The notes below the pieces were generated by a model. That model was not told the origin of the DNA and searched no databases. It saw only the letters and a program-made list of their open reading frames with translations. Positions 19,551-30,464 of a stretch of 64,000 nt of DNA are shown piece by piece. Both the position numbers and the translations under genes were made by a program. The stretch's first letter is position 1. Every line of letters starts with the position of its first letter. The stretch is from an uncultured Chloroflexia bacterium (GTDB lineage: Bacteria; Chloroflexota; Limnocylindria; Limnocylindrales; CSP1-4): NCBI GenBank assembly GCA_963768655.1, contig CAVYIM010000006.1, forward strand, positions 32,001-96,000. The letters run 5' to 3'.

Positions 19551-20921
19551 CTACGCGGCCAACATTTCGGCTCGCGGACCGTTCGCCCAGAGCCGGCGGA
19601 GCAGCCTGGCAAGGGCGGCGCCGTGGACCGCCAGGGGCGCCGGATAGCTGAACGTGAGCGTCCGGCTGGAACCCCGCAGCGTGACGCGGGCGATGAGCGG
19701 CGACAGAACCATCCCCACGCTTCGCATCTCGCGAAGCGACAGCCGTTCGGGCCGCGGGCCGACCACGCCCACCTCATCAGGACTCAGCCACAGACCGAGG
19801 GGCTGGCGCTGGCCTTCCCGGCGGGGGCTGTAGACGAAGGCGAGCAACTCACCCGCCTCGCGCCGGGCTGCATCATGGAGCGCCTGAGCTTCGTCGAGCT
19901 GGCGAAAGCGCTCGGCTGTTTCCTCGACGAACTCGACGGCCTCGGTCACATAGACACGACGCAGCCGTTCGCGGTTGCGCTCGGGCAGGAAGCTCGATGC
20001 GAGGGACTCGAACACGCGGACCTCGGCCTCGAGCTCCACCGGAAGGGCCACGTTGTGCCGGCCTCCCCCCGTCTGGAGGACGAGCCGCAAGGCATCGCGT
20101 TCATCCTCCACCCGCACGCCCGTGAGTTGCTCGACGGGCACCATGTCGACGTCCACGCCCCAATCGAAGAGGTACGAATCCGGGTTCGTGTGGTCGACCA
20201 GCCACAGGACCTGGCGGTCGGTGAGGAGCAGGAGTCCGGAACGGTGGTCTCTTCCGCCGCGGACGCGGGTGAGAAGCCCGGCGTCCGAACGCCACGGCCG
20301 CTCGATCGAGTAGTGCAGGCGCTCGTCCGGATCGAGCATGCCTTCGAGCCCGCGCAGGAAGCGCGGCGGCAGTCGATCCAACGAACGTTCGGCCTGGCTG
20401 TAGACGCCGCCCGACCGGAGAGCCTCCTCGGACATGCCCTCGGGCGGTCGCCATGCCAGACCGCCCGTGATCCGGCCGCGTCCCCGACGCTCCCGGAACG
20501 CCCGTCTTGCCGCCGAGGCGTGCTCCGAAGCGCGCGCCGCGTCGATCCACTCGGCGTCCGGCGACACACGCCCGACCGCTCGCAGAACGGCGTCGACGGG
20601 GAGCGTGGCGCCCGGCAGACGAGCCACCAGGACGAGACCGGCAGCGTCCGAGAAACCGCCGGCTAGCTCGGCGTCGATGCGAGCCCCAACGAAGCTGGAC
20701 GCCGGAAGCACCACCAGAGCCGGCACCTCGCGGCCGTGGCCATCGTCGGAATCGACGAGGAACCCCCGGTCGGCGCCGAGCCACAGGCCGCCGGCTCGGG
20801 CGCCGCGCGCCACGATGCCACCACGCGCTAGGTCGCGTTCGTAGTCGAGGCCCGGGCCGAGTGCCTCCTCGACCTCGACCAGGAGGGTGTGGCGGGAGTG
20901 GCGCGCGTCGCGGGCGGTCAT
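19551..20921 (-). CDS. Hypothetical protein: degenerate family I pyrophosphatase-like N-domain plus PH-like C-domain(s)
   Basis: VEVE..G...YERD...G.I...ADRGF...DG...ALV...FVG..I.A...G follows PPase spacing but lacks DxDPxD; LLLLTDRQVLWL resembles a bacterial PH strand. Confidence 0.6.
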   Translation of the reverse strand: MTARDARHSRHTLLVEVEEALGPGLDYERDLARGGIVARGARAGGLWLGADRGFLVDSDDGHGREVPALVVLPASSFVGARIDAELAGGFSDAAGLVLVARLPGATLPVDAVLRAVGRVSPDAEWIDAARASEHASAARRAFRERRGRGRITGGLAWRPPEGMSEEALRSGGVYSQAERSLDRLPPRFLRGLEGMLDPDERLHYSIERPWRSDAGLLTRVRGGRDHRSGLLLLTDRQVLWLVDHTNPDSYLFDWGVDVDMVPVEQLTGVRVEDERDALRLVLQTGGGRHNVALPVELEAEVRVFESLASSFLPERNRERLRRVYVTEAVEFVEETAERFRQLDEAQALHDAARREAGELLAFVYSPRREGQRQPLGLWLSPDEVGVVGPRPERLSLREMRSVGMVLSPLIARVTLRGSSRTLTFSYPAPLAVHGAALARLLRRLWANGPRAEMLAA

Positions 20922-22306
20922 TGCGCGCTCCGGTGATGCGGCACGGCCCGAGCCGCTCTCCGCAGCTGCCGCCAGCGACCGATCGCGCGAGCCGTTTCTC
21001 GCTCGCTGATCGCCGCCCGCCCGTAGACCGCCAGTTCGTAGTCCGCGGCGAGCAGCCCGAGCGGCAGGCGCGGGAGCCCGAGTGTCCCTGTGCGCGCGGC
21101 GTGGACTTGGGGCGTCTCGGCCGGTCGCCGTCCCAGCTCGCCACGGCCGGCGAGCTCGTCCAGGAGCGCGAGGTACGCCTCCGGGGCCGTCGCTGGACGC
21201 CGCGGCAGGGCTGCGCGAGGATGGATGGCGAGGCGCGGCAGGTGGAGGTTCAAGCTCGGCGGGTGGACTTCCCTGCGGCGCTCCTCGCGTGGGGGCGTGG
21301 CGACCTTCGGTTCAGGCCGACTGACGGCGAACCTGCGGAATCCGACGGCCAGCAGCACGATGACGGCGACGACACCGGCCACCACCAGCCAGCCGAGGGG
21401 CAGCGAGCCCCCGGGCACGGGTCCGCCGAGTGACGACACAGTGTGCGGGCCGCCGGAGCTCCCGGCGGCGGTCCCGGTCGTGGGAACGCTTCCACCTGTG
21501 CCGAAAAGGGAAGGCAGATGTATGCCGTTGAGCACCTGCCCGATCGCGGCCGCCAGCGCGACGAGAAGACCGCCGAGCGGTGCGAGCAGCAGGCCGATCG
21601 CACCACCGACCGGGCCGCCGATCGCAGTCAGCCCGTCCCGGGCGGAGGTCCCGCTCAAGATCGCGATCGGGATCCCCAGAGCCGCGACCACGACCACTAC
21701 GCCGGTCGAGACCATCGCCCAGGTGCGCCCGCCACGGCTTTCCGAGCCGAGTAGCTCGAGCTCCCGCAGGCGAGCGTGGCCGATCGCGAGCAACCCAGCC
21801 GCCACGCAGACCGCCGACCCGACGAGGGCCGGCCCAACGAAGGGGCCGGAGGATCGAAGGTGGGGCAACCACGAGGCGGCCAGCACCGGGAACGCATACG
21901 CGAGCGCCCGGGTCGAGGTTTCGATCTCGTCGTCCGCGTGCTCGTGGGCTGCGCCTCGAAGAACCGCGACGCCGAGCAGCCAGCCTGCGGGGTGAACGAG
22001 GAGGGCGCTCAGCGGGTTGTCCAGGGCCGCGAGGGTCGTCCGGGCCGCCGGATCGACGAGCCACCCGAGAGCGCCGGCAAGCACGGCGAGAGCCGCGATC
22101 CACGGCACCCGCGGCGTTGATCGAGGGCGCAGGCGAGCCCAGACGAGCCCGGCCACGGCCGCCGGGCAGAACTCGACGAGTGACAGCGGTGCGCTCGAGC
22201 TCGCGCCCAGGAGCGCGATGGCGGCGTACGCGACGCCTACGAGGCTGCCTTCGAGCAGGCCGTCGAGGGCAAGAGGCAGAAGATCAGCTCGCCAGGACCA
22301 ACGCAT
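20918..22306 (-). CDS. DUF4129-domain membrane protein
   Basis: Multi-TM protein with C-terminal AY..LL..L...RRPAETP..HA...YELAVYG; follows MoxR-DUF58. Confidence 0.75.
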   Translation of the reverse strand: MRWSWRADLLPLALDGLLEGSLVGVAYAAIALLGASSSAPLSLVEFCPAAVAGLVWARLRPRSTPRVPWIAALAVLAGALGWLVDPAARTTLAALDNPLSALLVHPAGWLLGVAVLRGAAHEHADDEIETSTRALAYAFPVLAASWLPHLRSSGPFVGPALVGSAVCVAAGLLAIGHARLRELELLGSESRGGRTWAMVSTGVVVVVAALGIPIAILSGTSARDGLTAIGGPVGGAIGLLLAPLGGLLVALAAAIGQVLNGIHLPSLFGTGGSVPTTGTAAGSSGGPHTVSSLGGPVPGGSLPLGWLVVAGVVAVIVLLAVGFRRFAVSRPEPKVATPPREERRREVHPPSLNLHLPRLAIHPRAALPRRPATAPEAYLALLDELAGRGELGRRPAETPQVHAARTGTLGLPRLPLGLLAADYELAVYGRAAISERETARAIGRWRQLRRAARAVPHHRSAQ

Positions 22307-23519
22307 CGCTCGTCCGCCAGTCCGGGGCCAGAGACCCGCTCGTCGCGGTCAGTCCGACCGCCCGCGCCGCCGCCACGGCACGCGGGCCGTCCGCGCCGAG
22401 CCCAACGAATTGCACCGGATGGCCCGACCGGTCGAGCCGGGTGAGAGAGGTGAGGTAAGGCGCCGGGTCGCGGGCGGCGAGCACGATCACGGTCGTGCCC
22501 GGCGGGATCGTCCACGGCAGCCGGGCGATGAGCCGCTCGAACGGCGCCGAAGGGACCTCGCTCAGGCGCCCCAGCAGGTCGGTGATGGCGGCCAGCTGGT
22601 CGCGGCCGGCTCGAGGCGCGACGAGGGCGAACCGATCGACCGTCCGGCTGAACGCAGCCGCGGCAAGCCCGCACGACGCACCCTGGGCGAGGGCGTGGCG
22701 CGCCAGCGACGCCGCCGCGACCATCAGGCTCTCGACGAGTTCTTCGTCGAAATGGAGCGTCCAGTGCGGGCCCGGCATCGTCTGCACGTCGAGCGCGATG
22801 AGGACCTCACGCGCCCGCGATGGGTCGAACCGCTTGCTCACCGCCGCCCCCGTCCTGGCCGTCGCCCGCCAGTGAACGCGTCGCAACGGATCGCCAGGCT
22901 GATACGGGCGGACACCGGCGAAGAGAGCCGGGTCTTCGAACAGGCTTCGCTGGGCGGGCAGGAATCCGAGTGGCAGGCGCTGCGGGCTGGCGATCCGCAC
23001 GGGCACGCTGCGCGGCCGGACGATGTACGTGGCGCGGTCTTCGTGCTCCTCGGTCGCGGCCCCGCGCCCGAACAGGTCGGCGACCGTGACCTGGACGGGG
23101 CCGAAGGAGTAGACGCCGCGGTGGTCCGCGGCGATCGTGAGGTGGCGCACGACGCGCTCGTACCAGCCTACGGTCCAGCGACTGCGCAGAACGGTGAATC
23201 CCGGTCGGTCGCTCCGCGCGAGCGGTTCGTCGCGCACCACGGCGCCCTGCGTCGCAAAGTCATCGATCGACAGCCAGGCCAGCGGCAGGGGTTTGTCGTT
23301 CCAGACGGCGATGTCGAGCGGTACTTCGTCGCCCCACACCGCCCGGTCACGGCCGATCCGCCTCTCGTAGTGGAGGTCGCGCAGGCCGTAGCGGGTCCAC
23401 AGCTCTGTTACGCCGGTGGTGAAGAGTGCGAGGAGCCCCACGAGCACGAGCCCCGGCGCCGCCGCGACGGCGCCGGCTGCCACCATGGCGAGGCCGAAGG
23501 CGAGTCCCCAGCGGGTCAT
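22284..23519 (-). CDS. DUF58 (vWA-like) protein
   Basis: RGVYSFGP...DLFG, GVRPYQPGDPLRRVHWRATAR; ATG 23519 overlaps the MoxR stop. Confidence 0.9.
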   Translation of the reverse strand: MTRWGLAFGLAMVAAGAVAAAPGLVLVGLLALFTTGVTELWTRYGLRDLHYERRIGRDRAVWGDEVPLDIAVWNDKPLPLAWLSIDDFATQGAVVRDEPLARSDRPGFTVLRSRWTVGWYERVVRHLTIAADHRGVYSFGPVQVTVADLFGRGAATEEHEDRATYIVRPRSVPVRIASPQRLPLGFLPAQRSLFEDPALFAGVRPYQPGDPLRRVHWRATARTGAAVSKRFDPSRAREVLIALDVQTMPGPHWTLHFDEELVESLMVAAASLARHALAQGASCGLAAAAFSRTVDRFALVAPRAGRDQLAAITDLLGRLSEVPSAPFERLIARLPWTIPPGTTVIVLAARDPAPYLTSLTRLDRSGHPVQFVGLGADGPRAVAAARAVGLTATSGSLAPDWRTSDALVLAS

Positions 23520-24520
23520 CGCTCGCGCACCGGCACCGGCACCGACGCAAGCACCTCGGCCAGCACCCGCTCGATGGTCGCGCCGCGGAGCTGGCGGTCC
23601 ACGTCGAGCAGGAGGCGGTGGCCCAGCACCGGGCCCACGACGGCGGCCACGTCGTCGGGCAGGATGAAGGCCCGGCCCTCGAGCGCTGCCCATGCCTGGC
23701 TCGCCCGGAACAGGGCCACGCTCGTCCGCGGGCTCGCCCCAAGGCGCAGATCGTCGTGCTCGCGCGTAGCCCGGACCAGGTCGACGGCATAGCCTTCGAC
23801 GGCATCGCTCACGACGATCTCGCTCACGGCCCGCCGCAGCGCGAGCAACGTGTCGCGATCGACGATCGGCGTGATCCGGTCGAGCGGCTCGTCGCCGCCT
23901 TGATAGCGCCGGGCGATGCGCCGCTCGTCGTCCCGGCTCGGGTAGCCCAGGGTCACGCGCAGCAGGAATCGGTCGAGCTGGGCTTCGGGCAGCGAGAAGG
24001 TTCCCTCCAGCTCGATGGGGTTCTGCGTGGCGACGACGAGGAAGGGCGCGGGCAGCGGCCGGGTTTCGCCCTCGATCGAGACCTGGCGCTCCTGCATCGC
24101 CTCCAGGAGCGCGGACTGGGTCCGCGGCGTGGCGCGGTTGATCTCGTCGACGAGCAGGACGTTGGCGAAGACCGGACCCGGCAGGAAGCGCAGACGTCCG
24201 GCTTCGAGAATGCTCGAACCGGTTACGTCGGTTGGCAGCAGGTCGGGCGTCCCCTGGATCCGGCCGAAGGACAGGCCCAGGGATTGCGCGAAGGCGCGCG
24301 CCAGCAGTGTCTTGCCGACCCCGGGAACGTCCTCGATCAGGGCGTGACCGTCGGCGAGCAGGGCAACGGCAAGGAGACGCAGCGCCGGCTCGTCGCTCAC
24401 GACCGCGACGGCGACGGCATCGCGCAGGTCGTGCCAGAAGCGGCCGACGCGCGCCTGACCGGAACTCGGATGCCCGGCGGCAGGCGTGGCCTCTGTCTCG
24501 AGCGGCTCCGTGGCGCTCAT
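23516..24520 (-). CDS. moxR: MoxR-family AAA+ ATPase
   Basis: [59 protein letters not shown]. Confidence 0.95.
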   Translation of the reverse strand: MSATEPLETEATPAAGHPSSGQARVGRFWHDLRDAVAVAVVSDEPALRLLAVALLADGHALIEDVPGVGKTLLARAFAQSLGLSFGRIQGTPDLLPTDVTGSSILEAGRLRFLPGPVFANVLLVDEINRATPRTQSALLEAMQERQVSIEGETRPLPAPFLVVATQNPIELEGTFSLPEAQLDRFLLRVTLGYPSRDDERRIARRYQGGDEPLDRITPIVDRDTLLALRRAVSEIVVSDAVEGYAVDLVRATREHDDLRLGASPRTSVALFRASQAWAALEGRAFILPDDVAAVVGPVLGHRLLLDVDRQLRGATIERVLAEVLASVPVPVRER

Positions 24521-25062
24521 CGTTCCCCGCCGGGAGCGGTCGTGTCTGCGGGATCTGCCGCCCTCGGATCTGCCGCCCTCGGATCTGCCGCCCTCGGATC
24601 TGCCGCCCTCGAGGTGTCCGCCGGCGGATTGTCCGCCCGGGCGCCGAGTCGCTCGATCGCGCGTTCGAGCAGCTGCCGGTCGGCATCGTGCGTTAGCATC
24701 CGCAGTCCCTCCTCCAGGCTCACGAACCTCGCCTCGGCGAAGATCGGCTCGTGCTCGATCTCGCCGCCGACGCGGTGGGCGAGGAACCAGTCGACCTGCT
24801 TGCGGTTCGCCGTGCCGTTGTGGCTCTTGAACTGGTATCGCGTTGACCCAAGCGCGTCATCCAGCGCGATCTCGACGCCCGTCTCTTCGCGGACCTCGCG
24901 GCGGGCGGCAGCTTCGGGCGCCTCGTTTCGCTCGAGGTGGCCCTTCGGGAACGCCCACTCGTGCCCGCGCCGGATGAGGAGACACCTCCCCTCGTCGACT
25001 ACCACCGCACCCGCCGAGTGGTGGAACACGAGTCGAGATCGAGATGAGACGATCGAGCTCAT
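24517..25062 (-). CDS. NUDIX hydrolase (Ap4A hydrolase-like)
   Basis: [27 protein letters not shown]; GGAGG ribosome site before ATG 25062. Confidence 0.9.
   Translation of the reverse strand: MSSIVSSRSRLVFHHSAGAVVVDEGRCLLIRRGHEWAFPKGHLERNEAPEAAARREVREETGVEIALDDALGSTRYQFKSHNGTANRKQVDWFLAHRVGGEIEHEPIFAEARFVSLEEGLRMLTHDADRQLLERAIERLGARADNPPADTSRAADPRAADPRAADPRAADPADTTAPGGER
24551..24610. repeat. 15-bp tandem repeat x4 (RAADP in the NUDIX tail)
   Basis: GGATCTGCCGCCCTC, four exact copies. Confidence 0.95.
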
Positions 25063-25080
25063 GGCTCGGCCTCCGCAATG

Positions 25081-25111
25081 AAAAAGGCTCCCGGACTGCG
25101 GTCCAGAAGCC
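25081..25111 (-). terminator. Intrinsic terminator forming the expression platform of fluoride riboswitch 1
   Basis: GGCTTCTGGAC-CGCA-GTCCGGGAGCC-TTTTT; its 5' arm is the aptamer pseudoknot strand. Confidence 0.85.
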
Positions 25112-25151
25112 ATCACCCGTCGACCGGGAAACTGCGCGAGCTTCATCGCGC
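25105..25151 (-). ncRNA. Fluoride riboswitch (crcB motif) 1
   Basis: GCGCGAUGAAGCUCGCGC hairpin...UGAUGGCUUCU; loop GAAGC pairs with GCUUC, a compensatory variant of the consensus; TAGCAT -10 at 25172-67. Confidence 0.88.
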
Positions 25152-25192
25152 GTTCAACTAACCGACATGCTACCGCGTCCCGGCCTGGCTGG

Positions 25193-26011
25193 CTAATCGT
25201 GTGGTTCGGTGTGGCTCGTGGCCCGATCCGTACCCTGGCCGTGCCCGTGCCCGTGCCCGTGCCCGTGGCCGTGGCGCCACTCCCAACCTTCGCGCCCGCC
25301 GAGCACTTCGGTCGCCTGCGAGGCGGAGACGTGCTGCTCATGGGTCAGGCGATGCTGGCGGTCGTAGGTGCTGTCGTGCGCGTAAGCCTCAAGCGATGCC
25401 CGAAGCTCCGCCAGCCGCTCGAGCTGTCGGTCCAGGACGGGCCGGACGCTCGCCAGCCGCTTCTCGTCGGCGGAGGCCGCCCGGGCCAACAGGACGATGT
25501 CCGGAAGGCACAGCGGCGCGCGGGCGAGCGCCTCACGCCAGCGCGCGCTGTCGAGGCGATGGAGCAGTCGCTCGATGGCGCGCTCGACCGCGTCGTCTTC
25601 GGCGGCACAGGCAGGGCAGTCGGACGCCGCGGCCGCCCGGTCGAGCTGGCGCGCACTCGTTCGACCCGGCTCGGCGTTCGCGTCGGCCAGCCGCTCGATC
25701 CGCTGGCGCAGCACCGACTCGAGGAGAATGGCGGCGCCGAGCGTGCCGCCCATCTCTTCGCGATCTGCCTCGAACAACCCGACGGTGTGGCGCCCGCAGA
25801 AGCCGCGCGACCTCTCCAGCACGCGCCGAAACCCTACGTCATTGACGCCTTCGTTGACGAGCGACCGGAGGAAGCGCCGGCCCTGGGCGACCCGGTGGCG
25901 GCACAGCGGGCAGCCGGCCTCGAACAACTCCTCGGATAGGCCGATGTCGACGTTGTCGTGCGCTTCAAGCTCCGCTGCCTTGCGACTCGCCTCGGTGTCG
26001 CGGCGGGCCAT
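25193..26011 (-). CDS. DUF6062-like Cys/His-rich protein with a His-Gly tail
   Basis: GCPLC, GFCGRH, CPAC, LCLP; C-terminal [10 protein letters not shown]. Confidence 0.7.
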   Translation of the reverse strand: MARRDTEASRKAAELEAHDNVDIGLSEELFEAGCPLCRHRVAQGRRFLRSLVNEGVNDVGFRRVLERSRGFCGRHTVGLFEADREEMGGTLGAAILLESVLRQRIERLADANAEPGRTSARQLDRAAAASDCPACAAEDDAVERAIERLLHRLDSARWREALARAPLCLPDIVLLARAASADEKRLASVRPVLDRQLERLAELRASLEAYAHDSTYDRQHRLTHEQHVSASQATEVLGGREGWEWRHGHGHGHGHGHGQGTDRATSHTEPHD

Positions 26012-26012
26012 C

Positions 26013-26516
26013 TCAGGCCTCTCCGTCAAGGGCCGGGCCGGCGGGCGGTTCCACGAGCGAGGCTGAGGCCACGCCGTCCGGCGATCCCGAAACCGGCCCG
26101 TTCGCCTCCAGGCCGACGTCTTCGAGGGCGGAGACGAGCTCCATCAGCCGCTCGACCGCCGGATCGAGCGTGGCGCGCAGGGCCGGGTCCACGTGACCGT
26201 AGGCTCGAAGACGGCGACTCTTGACCTCGGCCAGGCTCTCCCAGGAAACCCTCATTAGCCCGGCGATCTCGCGGGCAGAGTCGCGCTGTTGGATGGCGAG
26301 ATGGAACGCCTGGGAAACCGACGCGATCGTCGAGCGCAAGTCGGCCAGCGTCGTGTCGACGCGCGCTCGCTCTTCGCGCGACCAGGCCGGCCGAAGGCGG
26401 TGGTACAGGAGGCCGTCCTCGTCGCGGTCGAGCAGCTCCTCCACGCGGGCCAGGCGCTCCTCGAGCAGCCTGAGCGCCACGCTCACGGCGCGCTCCTGGT
26501 CGGGATTGAGGCTCAC
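26013..26516 (-). CDS. Hypothetical helical protein (167 aa)
   Basis: ORF packed between eno and DUF6062; LRLLEERL...WESLAEV...LRAYG. Confidence 0.75.
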   Translation of the reverse strand: MSLNPDQERAVSVALRLLEERLARVEELLDRDEDGLLYHRLRPAWSREERARVDTTLADLRSTIASVSQAFHLAIQQRDSAREIAGLMRVSWESLAEVKSRRLRAYGHVDPALRATLDPAVERLMELVSALEDVGLEANGPVSGSPDGVASASLVEPPAGPALDGEA

Positions 26517-26574
26517 GGTTGGCCCGGACGAGTCGGGCCCCCATACGAAGGGCCCGCCGCGTCTTCAGGCTGGC

Positions 26575-27885
<1,311 letters not shown>

Positions 27886-28008
27886 TCAGCCTTTCCGCCG
27901 GCGGCTGGCCGGCCAACTCTGAGCGTGCCGGCGCCGAGCCAGTGTCGGAGTTTGGGGGAAGATCCGCGAAGGACCATGCTGGCTCCGGCTGCGGGTTGCT
28001 TCACGAGA

Positions 28009-28080
28009 AGAAGCTGTCATCGGCCGAGCCGCGGTTCGCCGGCCCCGGTCTTGGGAGGTCGGCTGGCGAGCCTCATCGCC
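28009..28080 (-). ncRNA. Fluoride riboswitch (crcB motif) 2, upstream of eno
   Basis: GGCGAUGAGGCUCGCC hairpin...UGACAGCUUCU pairing with the loop GAGGCU; TACAAT -10 at 28092-87, 6 nt before the aptamer. Confidence 0.78.
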
Positions 28081-28110
28081 GCCGCCATTGTAGCCGCAAT
28101 GCCGGCTTGA

Positions 28111-28605
28111 TCAGCCCGGCGGGAACCGAGCGCCGGCAGGTTGCCTCCGCGCCCCGGACTCCGTGTCCGGCTCGACCACGACGAAGCGTCCGCCGGGTCG
28201 CAGGGACCGCGAGAGTGCCGCCAGCGTGGCCGGCAGCGCGGCCCGATCGACGTCGTGCAGGACGAAGTGGGCGAGGATCACATCGAAGCGAGCGTCCGGC
28301 AGCGCCAGTGCGGGTGCCTCGCCGAGCAGGAACCGCACGTTGGCCTGGCGCCGAAGCCGCTGCCGCGCCTCCGCGAGCCACGCCGGCGAGACGTCCAGGC
28401 ATGTCAGCCGTCCGCCGCGATTCAGGGCCCAGGCGAGGTAGACGGCCTCGGAACCGGCGCCGGAACCGAAGTCGAGGACGTGCTCCGTGCCGGTGAGCTC
28501 GAGCGACGCCACCAGCCGGCGCAGGTAGCCGGCCCGGAGCGGGTCGTACACGAGGCGGTATCCGGCGCGGGCGAGGCGAGACGGGGCGGTGTAGTTGTGG
28601 GGCAT
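28111..28605 (-). CDS. Class I SAM-dependent methyltransferase (short C-terminus)
   Basis: VLDFGSGAG, LDVSP, FDVILAHFVLHD, LRPGGRFVVVE. Confidence 0.85.
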   Translation of the reverse strand: MPHNYTAPSRLARAGYRLVYDPLRAGYLRRLVASLELTGTEHVLDFGSGAGSEAVYLAWALNRGGRLTCLDVSPAWLAEARQRLRRQANVRFLLGEAPALALPDARFDVILAHFVLHDVDRAALPATLAALSRSLRPGGRFVVVEPDTESGARRQPAGARFPPG

Positions 28606-28802
28606 CGGTGTCTCCAGGTCACGGATTCGATGCCGCAATGCTCGGCGGCAGATGTGCGCAGGTTGTGAAGGCGGGACGGATGCTTTGGGCAGGTGCGGGA
28701 GCACGTGCCAGGCGGCCGCGCTCGGCCGCATCGCCGTCGCGCTCGGCCGCACCGCCGTCGCGCCGCCCTGCGACGCATCGAGCCAGCGGCGAGAATAGGC
28801 GC

Positions 28803-30464
28803 ATGGAACGCCAACTCCTCTCGGGCGACGAGGCAGTCGCGCTGGCGGCACGGGACGCCGGCGTCGCGCTGGGCACCGGGTATCCCGGCACTCCCTCGAC
28901 GGAGATCCTCGAGGCGTTCTCGGAGCTGGGCGGGCGCGCCCAGTGGGCGCCCAACGAGAAGGTGGCGCTCGAGGTTGGCCTGGGCGCCGCGTTCGCGAAT
29001 GCCCGCACGATCGTGACGATGAAGCACGTCGGCCTCAACGTCGCCGCCGATCCGCTCTTCACCTCCGCCTACACGGGCGTGGCCGGCGCGCTGATCGTGG
29101 TCACCGCCGACGACCCGGGCATGTCCTCTTCGCAGAACGAGCAGGACAACCGCCGCTACGCCGTCGCGGCCGGGCTGCCGGCGATCGAGCCGTCCGACTC
29201 GCAGGAGGCCTACGACTTCTTCTTCACGGCGGTCGAAATCTCGGAACGGTGGAAGATCCCGGTCCTCTACCGGATGACCACCCGCGTCTGCCACTCCAAG
29301 TCCGTCGTGGTCGCCAGGTCCGGCGGCCGCGGCGCGGGAGACCGGGAAGCGGCGCCTCCGCGCGCCCCGCACTTCGAGCACGACATCTCCGGCCGGGTGA
29401 TGATCCCCGCCAACGCGCGGCCGGCCCACCGCCGGCTGCGGGCCAAGCTGGCCGAGATCGCAGCCTGGGGCGAGGAATGCGCGCTGAACCGCGTCGAGCC
29501 GGGCGATCGAAGCCTGGGCATCGTCACGGCCGGCGTCTCGTACCTGCACGCCGCCGAGGCCGCTCCCGGCGCCAGCTTCCTCAAGATCGGCCTCGTGAAC
29601 CCGCTGCCGATCGAGCGCGCCCGGGCGTTCGTGGCCGGCGTGGACCGCGCGGTCGTCGTGGAGGAGGGCGATCCGGTGATCGCCGACTCGCTGCGCGCCG
29701 CCGGCATCCCCGTCGAATCGAAGGCGGAGATGTACCGCTTCGGCGAGCTGGACGTGGCGCGCGTCCGCCGCATCCTCGCCGGCGACGTCACGCCGGAACC
29801 GGCTCCGCCCCGCGGCAAGCCGCCGGAGCTGTGCCCGGCCTGCCCGTACCACACCGTCTACGGCACGCTGGCGAAGCACGACTGCATCGTCGCCGGCGAC
29901 ATCGGCTGCTACACCCTCGGCGTTCTGCCGCCGTACATGGCGATGGATTCGTGCGTGGCCATGGGCGCCTCGATCGGCGTCGGCCTGGGGCTGCGCCACG
30001 TGTTGCCGCCGGCGGAGGCCCGGCGTGTGGTCTCGGTGATCGGCGACTCCACGTTCGTCCACTCCGGCATCAGCGGCCTGGTCGAGATGGCCTACAACCC
30101 GCCGCCCACCGGGCACGTGGTCCTCGTGCTGGACAACGGCACGACGGCCATGACCGGCCAGCAGGAGCACCCGGCCACGGGCCGAACGCTCGACCACGGC
30201 CCCACGAACAAGCTCTCGATCGAGGGCATCGCCACGGCCATCGGCATCGGCAGCGTCACCGTCATCGATCCCTACGCCGACCCGGACGGCTTCGAGCGCC
30301 TGCTGCTCGAACGCCTGGCTGCGTCCGACCTGTCGGTCATCGTCGCCCGCCGGCCGTGCATCCTCGCGGCGGCCGACATTCGACGCTGGGAGCAGCAGGC
30401 GGCCGAGCTTCGGGCGAAGGCTTCGGCGCAGGCGGCGTTCGACCTGCAGGGCGGCGACGAATGA
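28803..30464 (+). CDS. iorA: Indolepyruvate:ferredoxin oxidoreductase alpha subunit
   Basis: GYPGTPSTE, NEKVALE, MKHVGLNVAADP, SQNEQDNR, LCPACP, GDIGCYTLG, GDSTF. Confidence 0.93.
   Translation: MERQLLSGDEAVALAARDAGVALGTGYPGTPSTEILEAFSELGGRAQWAPNEKVALEVGLGAAFANARTIVTMKHVGLNVAADPLFTSAYTGVAGALIVVTADDPGMSSSQNEQDNRRYAVAAGLPAIEPSDSQEAYDFFFTAVEISERWKIPVLYRMTTRVCHSKSVVVARSGGRGAGDREAAPPRAPHFEHDISGRVMIPANARPAHRRLRAKLAEIAAWGEECALNRVEPGDRSLGIVTAGVSYLHAAEAAPGASFLKIGLVNPLPIERARAFVAGVDRAVVVEEGDPVIADSLRAAGIPVESKAEMYRFGELDVARVRRILAGDVTPEPAPPRGKPPELCPACPYHTVYGTLAKHDCIVAGDIGCYTLGVLPPYMAMDSCVAMGASIGVGLGLRHVLPPAEARRVVSVIGDSTFVHSGISGLVEMAYNPPPTGHVVLVLDNGTTAMTGQQEHPATGRTLDHGPTNKLSIEGIATAIGIGSVTVIDPYADPDGFERLLLERLAASDLSVIVARRPCILAAADIRRWEQQAAELRAKASAQAAFDLQGGDE

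Noticed and set aside
25063-25341. N-terminal extension of the NUDIX ORF
   Set aside because: It runs through the riboswitch and terminator, and the ribosome site supports ATG 25062.
28720-28761. 21-bp tandem duplication containing GGCGATG on the minus strand, as a third fluoride aptamer
   Set aside because: No closing hairpin or pseudoknot strand is present.
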